NCBI GenBank assembly: GCA_042850255.1 | Contig: AP031373.1 | Coordinates: 360,001 to 392,000, forward strand | DNA length: 32,000 nt | DNA from: Nanobdellota archaeon | GTDB taxonomy: Archaea > Nanobdellota > Nanobdellia > Nanobdellales > Nanobdellaceae | Direction of reading: 5' to 3' | Shown here: positions 17,183-27,385 of the stretch, piece by piece | How the letters are laid out: every line of letters begins with the position of its first letter | Numbering within the stretch: position 1 is the first letter of the stretch | Notes under the pieces: model-generated | Told to the model about the DNA's origin: nothing | The model's database searches: none | What the model saw: the letters and a program-made list of their open reading frames with translations, nothing else | Program-made: the position numbers and the translations under genes

Positions 17183-18145
17183 TTATTTAGTTAAAACATC
17201 AAATTGCTTTCTAACCCAAATAATTGTAAATATTAATATTGAAAATATTACAACTTCAAATGGATTAAATATTATAGAAAATATTGGTAATAAAGAGACT
17301 ACTACTATTGTAGATATATAAAATGGAGTTGAAGATAAAATTAATAAATCTCCTATAAATTTATTAGTATAATAATATCCTTTACTAACTGAAATATATG
17401 GGGATAATAAAATTCCTATTGGTATTATTGATGTATAAGTAAAAAATGTTAAGAAATAATAAAAATAAGTGGTAAATCCATATAATATAGATGTGATAGA
17501 TGATAAATACTTAATAGAAGAAAATATTATCCATAATATTAGCATAGATATTAAAAAAATTCTTATAATTTCATTATTAGATACTTCAAGATTTTTACTT
17601 TTTCCCAATCTTTTATATTCTATAACAATAGGTTTCATTGAAAAAATTATTGGAACATAAAAACCGAAAGTAATTATTGATATTATAATAGATATCCAAT
17701 AACTCATATTTATCCTTCTTATAAATGTATATCCTATTTGTTGTTTCTCTTTTTCTTTTTTATCTAAATTAGTTATAAATAAATAAAAGAAAAATATAAT
17801 AATAAATGATAAGATAATAAAAACAAATAAATTATGTCTAAAGATAAAAAATAGAAATATTAAAATAAATATTAAAAAATAATAATATGGTTTTTTAGAA
17901 AATTTATAGTATAAAATTTTTAATTCTGCTATTACAAAATCTAAAGATATATATAAACCATAAAATGATGAAACAAAATTAAATACTATTAATATAATTA
18001 AATAATATATTATAGAAAATATTACTGCAAAAAATAAATTTGTAATACCAATAAATAGATTATCCCAATGATTAAATGATAAGAAAAATCCTATTATTAT
18101 TAAATAGTATATAATATTTCTATTAATTTTAACATATTCAAACAT
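17183..18145 (-). CDS. Polytopic membrane protein, unknown function
   Basis: 320-aa ORF with about 8-9 hydrophobic helices and no recognisable motif. Confidence 0.55.
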   Translation of the reverse strand: MFEYVKINRNIIYYLIIIGFFLSFNHWDNLFIGITNLFFAVIFSIIYYLIILIVFNFVSSFYGLYISLDFVIAELKILYYKFSKKPYYYFLIFILIFLFFIFRHNLFVFIILSFIIIFFFYLFITNLDKKEKEKQQIGYTFIRRINMSYWISIIISIITFGFYVPIIFSMKPIVIEYKRLGKSKNLEVSNNEIIRIFLISMLILWIIFSSIKYLSSITSILYGFTTYFYYFLTFFTYTSIIPIGILLSPYISVSKGYYYTNKFIGDLLILSSTPFYISTIVVVSLLPIFSIIFNPFEVVIFSILIFTIIWVRKQFDVLTK

Positions 18146-18199
18146 TTATATATATCGTTTTTTTATCTTTTTATATTTTTTATTGTAATATTGTATGTT

Positions 18200-21100
18200 A
18201 TGGAAGATAACAGAATTATATCTATAAAAGATTTATATAATATATTCACATTTAAAACTACAGAAGAAATAAAAGTCCCTGAAAAAATATATGAACAAAT
18301 AATAGGACAAGATGAAGCTTTAGATATAATAAAAAAAGCTGCAAAACAAAGAAGACATGTATTATTAATAGGGGATCCTGGTACTGGAAAATCTATGTTA
18401 GCAAGAGCTCTTGCAGAAATGCTATCTGAAGATAAAGAATCTGTTAGAAATTTAGAGGATATTGTAGTATTTCCAAATCCTAATGATGAGTATAATCCTA
18501 TAGTAAAAACTTTCCCTGCTGGTATGGGTAAAAAAATTGTTGAGGAAATGAGAAAAAGATTGGTAGAACAAGCAAAAATGTTTAGATATTTCTATATACT
18601 ATTATTATTAATATCATCATTGACTCCTCTATATTTTTATTATGTAAAAAATTACATTATGGCCGGTGCAACTTTTATAGGTTTTATGATACTAATTGCT
18701 GGATTATCATTTTCTATGCAATTTGTTCAGAGACAAATATTAAAGAATTTACCAAAAGTAATAGTAGATAATTCAGATAAACAATCTGTTCCTTTTGTAG
18801 ATGCAACAGGAGCCTTTGAAGGTATGTTATTTGGAGATGTGCTTCACGACCCCTACCAATCATTTTCTTCTATTTCTGTTGCTTTCTTTGAAAATCCAAC
18901 TAAAAACTTTAGAAAATTAATGAAAATGTCAGATTTTGTAGATTATATATTATTTACTCATAAAGATAGATTATTCATTGATAATATAAATGATAGTATA
19001 TATTATGCAGTAAATTTAGAAAATGAAGATTGGTATACATACACATTAGAAAATGGAAAGATAAAGAAAGTAAAGATAATAAGTGTTAATAAGAGAGTTG
19101 GAGAATTTAATGTAATACCAGTAGAAAAGGATGATCACTTTATAGCTCTAACACCAGAACACGAAATATATACAAATAAAGGTTTAATTAAAGCAGAAGA
19201 ATACAATAATGAAAAATTATTTATATATGATTTAGACCTATTAACTGAAGAAGATATTGTAAAAACATATGGAGAAAAAGAATTAGAGAAATATAATTTA
19301 TATTTAATATGGAAAGAATTTAAGGAAAAGAATCTAAATATAGGATACAAAAAAGCTGCGAAAATATTGAATATACCAGAATCTAAGACAAAATGGTGGG
19401 AAAAAGGGATGAAGCCTATCAGTTTTCATGTAATTAAAGAATTGAAGAAATTAAATTTACTACCACTAAAGTTATCTGATAATAGATTACCAACTATAGC
19501 AAGAATATATGGATATATTTTAGGAGATGGTAATATAGATAAAAATTTGAATACTTTATCAATAATTTCCTCTAATTTAGAAGCTCTAAATAGAATATTG
19601 GAAGATATGAAGAAGGTCTTTGGAGAATTTACATATGAGATAAGAGAAAATACTACATCTTATGGAAAATCATATATACTTAGAACTACGGAAAGAAGAA
19701 TAATAAGATTCTTTGTTGCCTTAGGTTATACTGTAGGTAAAAAGATAGATAAAGAAATAAAAGTACCTGAATTTGTATTATTAAGGAAAGACACAATCAT
19801 AGAATTTTTAAGGGGTTTATTCGATTCTGATGGATCTGTATATTCCTTTGGAAATAAATCTAATTTGAGGGGAACATTATGTTATTCTATAGCATCAATA
19901 AATGATAATAAATTAACAGAAAATAGAAAAAAGTTTTTAGAAGAGATTAAATTATTGTTAGAATTATTAGATATAAAAATGAATGAGATAAACCAAGAAT
20001 TATATGATAATGGAAACAAGGTAGAATTTAGATTACTTATTAGTCACAAACCAGATAATATGATAAAATTCTATGAATTATTAAGACCTATATATAATAC
20101 AAATAAAGCAGAAATTTTAATAAAAGGTATTAATTATGCCGTAAATCATCCAGAAAGAACTAAGAAATTCCATGTTAAAAATATAGATCCAAAAGTAAGG
20201 GAAGTATATAATATAACTACAGAAACTGGAAATTTGATAGTTAATGGAATTTTAGTAAAGAATTCTGGCGGTTTAGAAACACCCGCCCATCAGAGAGTTA
20301 TCGCTGGTGCTATCCATAAAGCGCATAAAGGAGTTTTATTTATTGATGAAATAGGAACATTAAGACCTGAAGTGCAAATAGAATTATTAACTGTATTACA
20401 AGATAAAAAATATCCAATATTTGGAAGATCTGAAAGATCTGCAGGTGCGATGGTTAGAACAACTCCTGCTCCTGCTGATTTTGTATTAGTTGCTGCTGGA
20501 AATTTGGAAACATTGGATAAATTACATCCAGCTTTTAGATCAAGAATAAAAGGATATGGTTATGAAGTTTTTATGAAATCAGAAATACCCTTTACTGAAG
20601 AAATTGCTAAAAAATTTGCACAATTTGTTGCTCAAGAAGTAAATAAATCTGGAAATATTCCTCATTTCACTAAAGAAGCAGTAATAGAAATAATAAGGGA
20701 AGCTCAAAGAAGATCTGGTAGAAAAAATTATTTAACTTTAAGGTTAAGAGATCTAGGAGGATTAGTTAGATTGGCTGGAGACATAGCAAAATATAAGGGA
20801 AAAGAATATGTAGATAAAGAAGATGTATTAGAAGCAAAAGAGAAAGCCTTATCAATTGAAGAACAATTATCTAAATATTATATTGAAAGAAGGAAACAAT
20901 ATCAAATTGTAAAAACTTCTGGATATGAAATTGGAAGAGTAAATGGACTTGCAGTAATAGGATCTAGATTATATTATTCTGGATTAGTATTACCAGTTGA
21001 AGCAGAAGTAGTGCCGGGAAAGGGTACTGGAAAAGTAATAGCAACAGGTAATTTAGGTAAAATAGCTAAAGAGGCTATAGTAAATGTGTCTACAGTAATT

Positions 21101-21466
21101 AAGAAAAAATTTAAGGAAGATTTAAAAAAATATGATGTACATGTACAATTTTTACAAACTTATGAAGGTGTAGAGGGTGATTCTGCATCAATCACAGTAG
21201 CTACAGCAATAATATCTGCATTAAAGAACTGGCCAGTTAGACAAGATCTAGCAATGACAGGATCATTATCAATAAGGGGGGAAGTATTGCCAATAGGGGG
21301 TGTTATCGCAAAAGTAGAAGCTGCAATAGAGTCTGGATTAAAAGAAGTATTAGTACCAGAAAGTAATTATGATGACATACCTGAAGATTTATTTGATAAA
21401 ATAAAAATAACTCCAGTGAAAACTATAGATGAAGTTATAGATATTGCAATGGAAAAAGATATTTAA
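18200..21466 (+). CDS. lon: Membrane-bound archaeal Lon protease (LonB), interrupted by an intein
   Basis: Walker A GDPGTGKSML, two TM helices, extein junction GDVLHDPYQ//SGGLETPAHQRVIAGAIHKAHKGVLFIDEI, catalytic Ser in EGVEGDSASITVA and Lys in GGVIAKVEAA. The ORF track starts at TTG 18191; ATG 18200 has a TATA-like TTTTATAT about 27 nt upstream. Confidence 0.92.
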   Translation: MEDNRIISIKDLYNIFTFKTTEEIKVPEKIYEQIIGQDEALDIIKKAAKQRRHVLLIGDPGTGKSMLARALAEMLSEDKESVRNLEDIVVFPNPNDEYNPIVKTFPAGMGKKIVEEMRKRLVEQAKMFRYFYILLLLISSLTPLYFYYVKNYIMAGATFIGFMILIAGLSFSMQFVQRQILKNLPKVIVDNSDKQSVPFVDATGAFEGMLFGDVLHDPYQSFSSISVAFFENPTKNFRKLMKMSDFVDYILFTHKDRLFIDNINDSIYYAVNLENEDWYTYTLENGKIKKVKIISVNKRVGEFNVIPVEKDDHFIALTPEHEIYTNKGLIKAEEYNNEKLFIYDLDLLTEEDIVKTYGEKELEKYNLYLIWKEFKEKNLNIGYKKAAKILNIPESKTKWWEKGMKPISFHVIKELKKLNLLPLKLSDNRLPTIARIYGYILGDGNIDKNLNTLSIISSNLEALNRILEDMKKVFGEFTYEIRENTTSYGKSYILRTTERRIIRFFVALGYTVGKKIDKEIKVPEFVLLRKDTIIEFLRGLFDSDGSVYSFGNKSNLRGTLCYSIASINDNKLTENRKKFLEEIKLLLELLDIKMNEINQELYDNGNKVEFRLLISHKPDNMIKFYELLRPIYNTNKAEILIKGINYAVNHPERTKKFHVKNIDPKVREVYNITTETGNLIVNGILVKNSGGLETPAHQRVIAGAIHKAHKGVLFIDEIGTLRPEVQIELLTVLQDKKYPIFGRSERSAGAMVRTTPAPADFVLVAAGNLETLDKLHPAFRSRIKGYGYEVFMKSEIPFTEEIAKKFAQFVAQEVNKSGNIPHFTKEAVIEIIREAQRRSGRKNYLTLRLRDLGGLVRLAGDIAKYKGKEYVDKEDVLEAKEKALSIEEQLSKYYIERRKQYQIVKTSGYEIGRVNGLAVIGSRLYYSGLVLPVEAEVVPGKGTGKVIATGNLGKIAKEAIVNVSTVIKKKFKEDLKKYDVHVQFLQTYEGVEGDSASITVATAIISALKNWPVRQDLAMTGSLSIRGEVLPIGGVIAKVEAAIESGLKEVLVPESNYDDIPEDLFDKIKITPVKTIDEVIDIAMEKDI
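18860..20263 (+). mobile_element. 468-aa intein with a LAGLIDADG homing-endonuclease domain inside LonB
   Basis: Removing 18860-20263 restores the conserved LonB sequence HDPYQ-SGGLETPAH. Block B LTPEHEIYT; LAGLIDADG motifs YGYILGDGNI and LRGLFDSDGSV; C-terminal VYNITTETGNLIVNGILVKN followed by +1 Ser. The first residue is Ser. Confidence 0.85.
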
Positions 21467-21488
21467 ATTTTTTTAATAATTTTAGTTA

Positions 21489-24400
21489 ATGGATAAATAT
21501 AAGTATATATTGTTTATATTATCTTTATTATCTTTTCCTATTTTTTCTCAAACCATATATCATACTATATATCTATATGAACCGGTTGCTTTTTTAAATA
21601 TAAGTTTATACAACAATTATTTAACGCCAAATCAAACATTATACTATAATGTAACAATAAACTACAGAGATATATATTATATACCAAATGTATCACTTGT
21701 AATTCAAATAATAAAAAAGAATGATAATAATAATATTTACCCATTTCAATTTAATAATGATAACGAAATATACGAATATGTAATAAAAAATCTATATTTA
21801 GAACCTGGAGAAAAAATTATTATCCCTTTAAATTATACAATTCCATATGATTTATCTTCTGGATATTATTATATTGTTGCATATCTATATACTCCATTAG
21901 GAAATATTAACGGATTGCCATTTATTTATTATCCCGGAGTATATACAGAATTTTATGTAAATAATCCTAGTGGAAATTATCCGTTTATGTATATAGTAAA
22001 AAATAATACATATATATCATCATCCCCTTTATATACCTGGGGGTCTATTTTATCTTCCTCCGGATATTATTATTCTTCATTAAGTGGTCCTACAGGATAT
22101 GGTGTTACTAATTATATAAACCTAACAGTTGGAATTTATTCTGGTGAAAATGCAAATGCTACATTAAAAATAAGGATATCTCCTTGGGATGATATATTAT
22201 ATTCTCCTTTATATACTTATGAAGAAAATATAACATTAAATCAAGGGTATAATCAAATAACTATTCCAAATATATTTGTAGGAGATTATCCTCCAAATGC
22301 ATATTCATTAAGAATAGAATTAATAAGTAGTAATCAAATACAATCTATATATAGATTAAGATTTATTGTACTAGGTCCTACTATAAGATTAGATGGTGTA
22401 TTTTTACAAGGAAATGGTAATTTAACATTTATTGTTGCTCCTTCGCCAGATCATTATACATATCCTACTACCCCGAATGTTATTGCCCAAGTATATTCAA
22501 ATACTTTAGGATTTGAAGAAAATATATCATTAGGAAATATAAGTTGGTATACTACAGAATTTACATATGTAAATTTGAAATTACTAATAAATTCTTCCAA
22601 GTTTGATTTATGTATAAATTTATATTCTAATGGATATTTATATTATGGATATTGTACCTATTATTATTTAAATTCTTCAGATACATATGGAATACCATTA
22701 AGTAATTTAATATATGTAAACTATACTAATAATTATTTCTATATATGTTCAAATATATCTGGAAATCTTGTAGTCTCTTATAATTCTCCTTCAAATTCTA
22801 TATTTTCTACAAATATAAATAAAAATTGTTATAATTATACATTTAAAGAGTATGGAACATATTATATCTCTTTTTATTCTTCTCAATATTCAAATAATTG
22901 GATAATAAGTTTTTCTTCACCTATAAATATTACAAAACCTACGACTACAATAGTTATTCATAAAACTTATAATAATGATATTTACTATCTTATAGGAATA
23001 ATCTTAATAATTTTAGTAGTTATAATATTGATTATGAAGAAAAAGAAAATATTTGCAATATTACTTTTATTATTTTTCCTACCATTTATTCATTCTCAAA
23101 GTTTAATAGTATCACCAAATTCTGTTTGTTATCCTACAAGTAATGCAAGTATAATTACTGAAAACTATACAGGATTGGTTAATGTTACATATAGTTTTTA
23201 TAATCCTAGCAATCCTAGTATTATATATTCTCAAGGAAATTATAGTTATTTGAATATTAATGGAGGAAATATTACTTATGTTTATAATCTATCATTAAAT
23301 AATTTGCCAGCAGGAATAGATCAAAGCATAGAATATAATATTACTGTAGAAAATTGTACTACAGTTAATTCTTCATCTTCATCTTCGTTTACTATAAATG
23401 GACAACCAGTTAATTCAAGTGGAACAGTATGTTTACCATCTTTAAATGGCAATAGTACTTGTGGAGTACCTGTATGCAATTATACTAATTATGTTGGTTA
23501 TATAAATTCTAGTTACCCATTTTATTTCGAATATTATACAAATCCTATATATATAGATTCTGATGATGCAGCTTACATAATTGCAGGATGTCCTGCTTCT
23601 GAAAGTGTAATAAATAATACGTATTTTAATTTTACAGCAACACTACCAAATGGAACTTCTATTATTACAAGTGTAAATTGTCCTGGATCTGGAGATCCAG
23701 ATTGGGGGGTAAATATATGCGATTTATATACAAGTAATTACGATTCTAATTCTGGAAATTATACTTATGTAGGATCTTATTATTATAATGGGCAATTAAT
23801 TAATGGACCATTTATAGATAATCCATTGCAGGTATTAACAATATCTGCAGGAACATTTACCAATCAATCATGTTCACATGCCGAAACTGATACTAGCGCA
23901 AGTACAACTTCTAATCCTTTATCAATAAACATTGGTTATTATGGTCCAAATTCTGGAACCTATTACACCTATTATAATGGTATATATGTTTTAGCACAAA
24001 ATACAACATTAGGCTTTAGTGTTAGCAGTGGTTATAATTGGCTATGTTCTGATGGTGCTACAAGTTCTACTTATCCTGAAGTTGCTGTTTGGTTATATAG
24101 TACAAATCAAAATTATAATACAAATTCAGAAATTTATACAGAAGGTTTGTCAAATATATACATAAACTTCACTCAATATGATGTTGATAGAAATATTATA
24201 TATAATCAATATCCAAATGAAGGTTTTGTATCGCCTTATGGATTTGGAATATCTAGTGGATATCCTGTAATATATGTAAATGGAAGTAGTTATAACCCGT
24301 CTGGTAGTATTGAAGTATCTAGTTTTGGAGTAAATCAAGCTGGTTACTATCTTGTTTATCAGGATTATATAAAAACTTTTTGTGTTGATCCTGCTTCATA

Positions 24401-25874
24401 TATATGTGATCCTAATGGACAATTATGTAATATTGGAGATATAAAAGGAGAAGCACAAGGATGGTTACCAATTAATCCAGAGCCAGGATATTATATTTTA
24501 GTAATAAACCCAAATGCCTCTGTTAATTTACAGAATTTAACTTATTATCCTTATATATACAATACAAATCCTGGAGATGCAATATATATTGGATGGATAG
24601 ATAATGTTGGAATAGGAAATCTAACAGTAAATGAAAATTATATATTACCAGATCCTACAACTGAAAGTAATAATTTCTTATTACCTCAAGGAGAGAATAT
24701 GTCACTATATATATATTTCCCAACAAATGAATGTTTACATACAAATTGTCAAATTCCTTATAATGTAGATTATCAAAATGCATATGGATTAACTGTATAT
24801 TCGCCAGTTTCCTATTCTGGATATGTTAACATAAACTGGGATTCTCTAAATGTATATGCAAACCCTTCAATAACAAAAGTTACCTATGGAGAACCTATAA
24901 ATATAACTATTGCTGTACAAAATTTAGGTCCTGTACCTGCAGAAAATGTTTCGATATATAATTTGCAATATGATCCTGCATGTATAGAAGTATTAAATAT
25001 ATATAATGATACCCAGATAAATCCAGGAGCTACTGGATATGTATATATAGAAGCAAATATAACAAATCTTAATTGTAATCCTCAAGATTATAATTTATCA
25101 TTCCAAGTTTATGGATGGAATACTTATATATATAATTATTCTTTAATATTGCCAATAAGTTATATTATATCTCCTCCAAATGGTGCACAGTTACAATCTC
25201 CAACAACATTTAATATTTATGATGTAAATGCACAACAATGTAAAATAGTATTTAATGGTGCATCGTTTGATAGAAATTGTGATTCACAATTTATATATCA
25301 ATCTTCAATGTGTCCAGGAAGTTTATGTAATGTACAAATTCAATCATATAATAATTATGCAGAATATTACGAAGATTATGAATATTATAATTATCTATCG
25401 AATCAAACAACAATATTTGGAATTATTTCTTCTACAAATGTTATAGGAATATATGTAGGTCAATATTATACATATTCTGTATTAGTAAAGAATCTAGTTC
25501 CATCTACTTTATCATGCCAATTATTGCCAATACCAACAACTGAAAATGGAAAGGCACAAGTAATAGGATATAATGTAAATGGTGTACAAACAATACAATT
25601 TACTGTTCCTCCAGAAGGAATTTCAAAAGTCAATATAGAAGTTTTAGGAATAGCTAGTGGTATAGATAATTTGATTTATGGTATTTCTTGTAATTCTACT
25701 TATGGTTCTGCATCATATTCACAAGAAGTGCCAATATATGTATTTACATCGAATAATGTTATATCTAATTATACAGTTTTAAATCTAATAGTATCAGAAA
25801 AAATAAATCCAACAAGGTTAATTGGGATAGCAACAGGAGTAGCTGCAATATTAACTATTTTATCTCTTATTTAA
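21489..25874 (+). CDS. Giant (1461 aa) sequon-rich surface protein made of two in-frame modules, each with a signal peptide, ectodomain and TM anchor
   Basis: Module 1 has signal MDKYKYILFILSLLSFPIFSQ and anchor YYLIGIILIILVVIILI. In-frame ATG 23034 opens MKKKKIFAILLLLFFLPFIHSQ. Module 2 is Cys-rich with a CARDB-like stretch (GEPINITIAVQNLGPVPAENVSIYNL) and the final anchor LIGIATGVAAILTILSLI. Confidence 0.7.
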   Translation: MDKYKYILFILSLLSFPIFSQTIYHTIYLYEPVAFLNISLYNNYLTPNQTLYYNVTINYRDIYYIPNVSLVIQIIKKNDNNNIYPFQFNNDNEIYEYVIKNLYLEPGEKIIIPLNYTIPYDLSSGYYYIVAYLYTPLGNINGLPFIYYPGVYTEFYVNNPSGNYPFMYIVKNNTYISSSPLYTWGSILSSSGYYYSSLSGPTGYGVTNYINLTVGIYSGENANATLKIRISPWDDILYSPLYTYEENITLNQGYNQITIPNIFVGDYPPNAYSLRIELISSNQIQSIYRLRFIVLGPTIRLDGVFLQGNGNLTFIVAPSPDHYTYPTTPNVIAQVYSNTLGFEENISLGNISWYTTEFTYVNLKLLINSSKFDLCINLYSNGYLYYGYCTYYYLNSSDTYGIPLSNLIYVNYTNNYFYICSNISGNLVVSYNSPSNSIFSTNINKNCYNYTFKEYGTYYISFYSSQYSNNWIISFSSPINITKPTTTIVIHKTYNNDIYYLIGIILIILVVIILIMKKKKIFAILLLLFFLPFIHSQSLIVSPNSVCYPTSNASIITENYTGLVNVTYSFYNPSNPSIIYSQGNYSYLNINGGNITYVYNLSLNNLPAGIDQSIEYNITVENCTTVNSSSSSSFTINGQPVNSSGTVCLPSLNGNSTCGVPVCNYTNYVGYINSSYPFYFEYYTNPIYIDSDDAAYIIAGCPASESVINNTYFNFTATLPNGTSIITSVNCPGSGDPDWGVNICDLYTSNYDSNSGNYTYVGSYYYNGQLINGPFIDNPLQVLTISAGTFTNQSCSHAETDTSASTTSNPLSINIGYYGPNSGTYYTYYNGIYVLAQNTTLGFSVSSGYNWLCSDGATSSTYPEVAVWLYSTNQNYNTNSEIYTEGLSNIYINFTQYDVDRNIIYNQYPNEGFVSPYGFGISSGYPVIYVNGSSYNPSGSIEVSSFGVNQAGYYLVYQDYIKTFCVDPASYICDPNGQLCNIGDIKGEAQGWLPINPEPGYYILVINPNASVNLQNLTYYPYIYNTNPGDAIYIGWIDNVGIGNLTVNENYILPDPTTESNNFLLPQGENMSLYIYFPTNECLHTNCQIPYNVDYQNAYGLTVYSPVSYSGYVNINWDSLNVYANPSITKVTYGEPINITIAVQNLGPVPAENVSIYNLQYDPACIEVLNIYNDTQINPGATGYVYIEANITNLNCNPQDYNLSFQVYGWNTYIYNYSLILPISYIISPPNGAQLQSPTTFNIYDVNAQQCKIVFNGASFDRNCDSQFIYQSSMCPGSLCNVQIQSYNNYAEYYEDYEYYNYLSNQTTIFGIISSTNVIGIYVGQYYTYSVLVKNLVPSTLSCQLLPIPTTENGKAQVIGYNVNGVQTIQFTVPPEGISKVNIEVLGIASGIDNLIYGISCNSTYGSASYSQEVPIYVFTSNNVISNYTVLNLIVSEKINPTRLIGIATGVAAILTILSLI
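22983..23099 (+). other. Module junction: TM anchor, KKKK, then a second signal-peptide-like helix with no intervening stop
   Basis: YYLIGIILIILVVIILI-MKKKK-IFAILLLLFFLPFIHSQ. ATG at 23034 is in frame with 21489. Confidence 0.6.
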
Positions 25875-26141
25875 TTTTTCTTTTAATTTTTTTCTTATTT
25901 CTGTTATTGCATCATGTACACCAATTCCTATAAAAAAGAATGTTAATATATATACATCAAAAAAATAAGTTAAAATACCAGCTATTGATAGGTATAAATG
26001 ATGAATTTTTGTTTTATACCTCTTAGTTCTTGTTTGTATTTCTATAAAAAATTGGGGAGAAAATTTTTTAACAACAAAATCTGCAGACAAAAATCCTGTA
26101 GTAAAGAATATACCATACAGTATGAAGTTTAATATATCCAT
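25860..26141 (-). CDS. Small membrane protein (about 3 TM), unknown function
   Basis: 93-aa ORF with hydrophobic helices and a basic C-terminus. 15-nt convergent overlap with the giant ORF. Confidence 0.4.
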   Translation of the reverse strand: MDILNFILYGIFFTTGFLSADFVVKKFSPQFFIEIQTRTKRYKTKIHHLYLSIAGILTYFFDVYILTFFFIGIGVHDAITEIRKKLKEKLNKR

Positions 26142-26192
26142 TTATTAAATCTATTTATAGGATTTTAAAATCTTATCTGTAAAAGTATATCT

Positions 26193-26477
26193 ATGGATAT
26201 AAATATATTAAATAGAGAAAAAAATGAATTATTAAATAGGGAAGAAATAATAGTTGATATTGAACATAAAGGAGAATCAACTCCAAAGAGAGAAGAACTA
26301 AGAAAAAAAATAAGTGCAATGATAGGGAAAGATGAAAAATTAATAGTTATAGAAAAAATAATATCAGAATTTGGTAAACAAAGGTCAAAAGCATTTATAC
26401 ATGTATATGAAAATGAAGAAGATATGAAAAAATTAGAGCCTAAACATATATTAAAGAGAAATAAAATTATACAATGA
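26193..26477 (+). CDS. rps24e: Ribosomal protein eS24 (S24e)
   Basis: [30 protein letters not shown]...[31 protein letters not shown] fits the S24e pattern. A TATA-like ATTTTAAAAT lies about 27 nt upstream. Confidence 0.88.
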   Translation: MDINILNREKNELLNREEIIVDIEHKGESTPKREELRKKISAMIGKDEKLIVIEKIISEFGKQRSKAFIHVYENEEDMKKLEPKHILKRNKIIQ

Positions 26478-26677
26478 GTGATAAAAAAGAAGTAAGGGTA
26501 TTAAAATTATATAAAATTGAAGATGGAAAAATTATAAGGTTAAAAAAACAATGTCCAAAATGTGGAAGATTTATGGCAGAACATGAAGATAGATATCATT
26601 GTGGATATTGTGGATATACAGAATTTAAGCAACAAATAAATAAAAACTATATAAAAGAAATTGGAATACAAATATAA
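26474..26677 (+). CDS. rps27ae: Ribosomal protein S27ae (eS31), zinc-ribbon type
   Basis: [24 protein letters not shown]. Canonical S24e-S27ae gene pair with an ATGA overlap. Confidence 0.88.
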   Translation: MSDKKEVRVLKLYKIEDGKIIRLKKQCPKCGRFMAEHEDRYHCGYCGYTEFKQQINKNYIKEIGIQI

Positions 26678-26990
26678 AATAAAATATTTTGGACCTTCTA
26701 GATCTTTTATAGGTTTAATGCTTCAAATACCAGAAAAAGACACTATATATATCTTAGATTTAAAGGAAGATAGAAATGACGGATTTGTTCATACATTTTT
26801 TTGTTTAAAACCTTTAGATATATATTTATATAACTCAAAATTGGAATTAATAGATTATAGAAAAAAATTAAAACCATTTAAAGTTATATTTCCTAAGAAA
26901 CCATTCAGATTTATAATAGAAGGATTAAATATTGATGAAGAAGGTATTAATATATCTATAAATTATCTAAAATCTTCCAAGATTATCTGA
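26661..26990 (+). CDS. DUF192-like small protein
   Basis: SFIGLM and [16 protein letters not shown] parallel the DUF192 motifs RGLM and IHTFFMRFPIDVLFLD. TTG at 26661 is the only possible start in this frame. Confidence 0.55.
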   Translation: MEYKYKIKYFGPSRSFIGLMLQIPEKDTIYILDLKEDRNDGFVHTFFCLKPLDIYLYNSKLELIDYRKKLKPFKVIFPKKPFRFIIEGLNIDEEGINISINYLKSSKII

Positions 26991-27353
26991 TAATATTTCT
27001 ATTTCTACAAATAGTTTATCTATCATACTTTTTATTTCTTTTATATTATTATTTATTTGTCCAATTATTTCAGTTTTCATTTGTGGAGTTATATAAGGAT
27101 TCATTAAAATTTCTCTATAATATACTTCTACGTAGTTTTTAACTAATTCTAAAATATTTATTATTATTTTTATTACATTTAACAATCCATTTATCTCTTG
27201 AATTTGATATTGATATAAATAATAAGCATTGTTTGGAATATTTTTTTCATAATTATTTAGGTTCTCAATATATAATATATTACTATTTATTTGTCCGATT
27301 AGCATTTTAACTTGTTCTAATATTCTATTTTCTTCTTCTTGAAAATTATCCAT
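26967..27353 (-). CDS. Hypothetical helical/coiled-coil protein
   Basis: 128-aa ORF with no recognisable motif. AT-rich TATA-like block about 26 nt upstream of the ATG. Confidence 0.45.
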   Translation of the reverse strand: MDNFQEEENRILEQVKMLIGQINSNILYIENLNNYEKNIPNNAYYLYQYQIQEINGLLNVIKIIINILELVKNYVEVYYREILMNPYITPQMKTEIIGQINNNIKEIKSMIDKLFVEIEILSDNLGRF

Positions 27354-27385
27354 AAATAAAGGTAATACTTTAGATTTTAATAATT

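Noticed and set aside
15164-19350. Track ORFs 15164-15397(+), 15562-15879(+), 16293-16661(+), 17469-17660(+) and 19135-19350(-)
   Set aside because: All lie antisense to strongly conserved genes (psmA, Pop5, TFB, the membrane protein, the Lon intein). They are explained by stop-codon-poor complements of the real frames.
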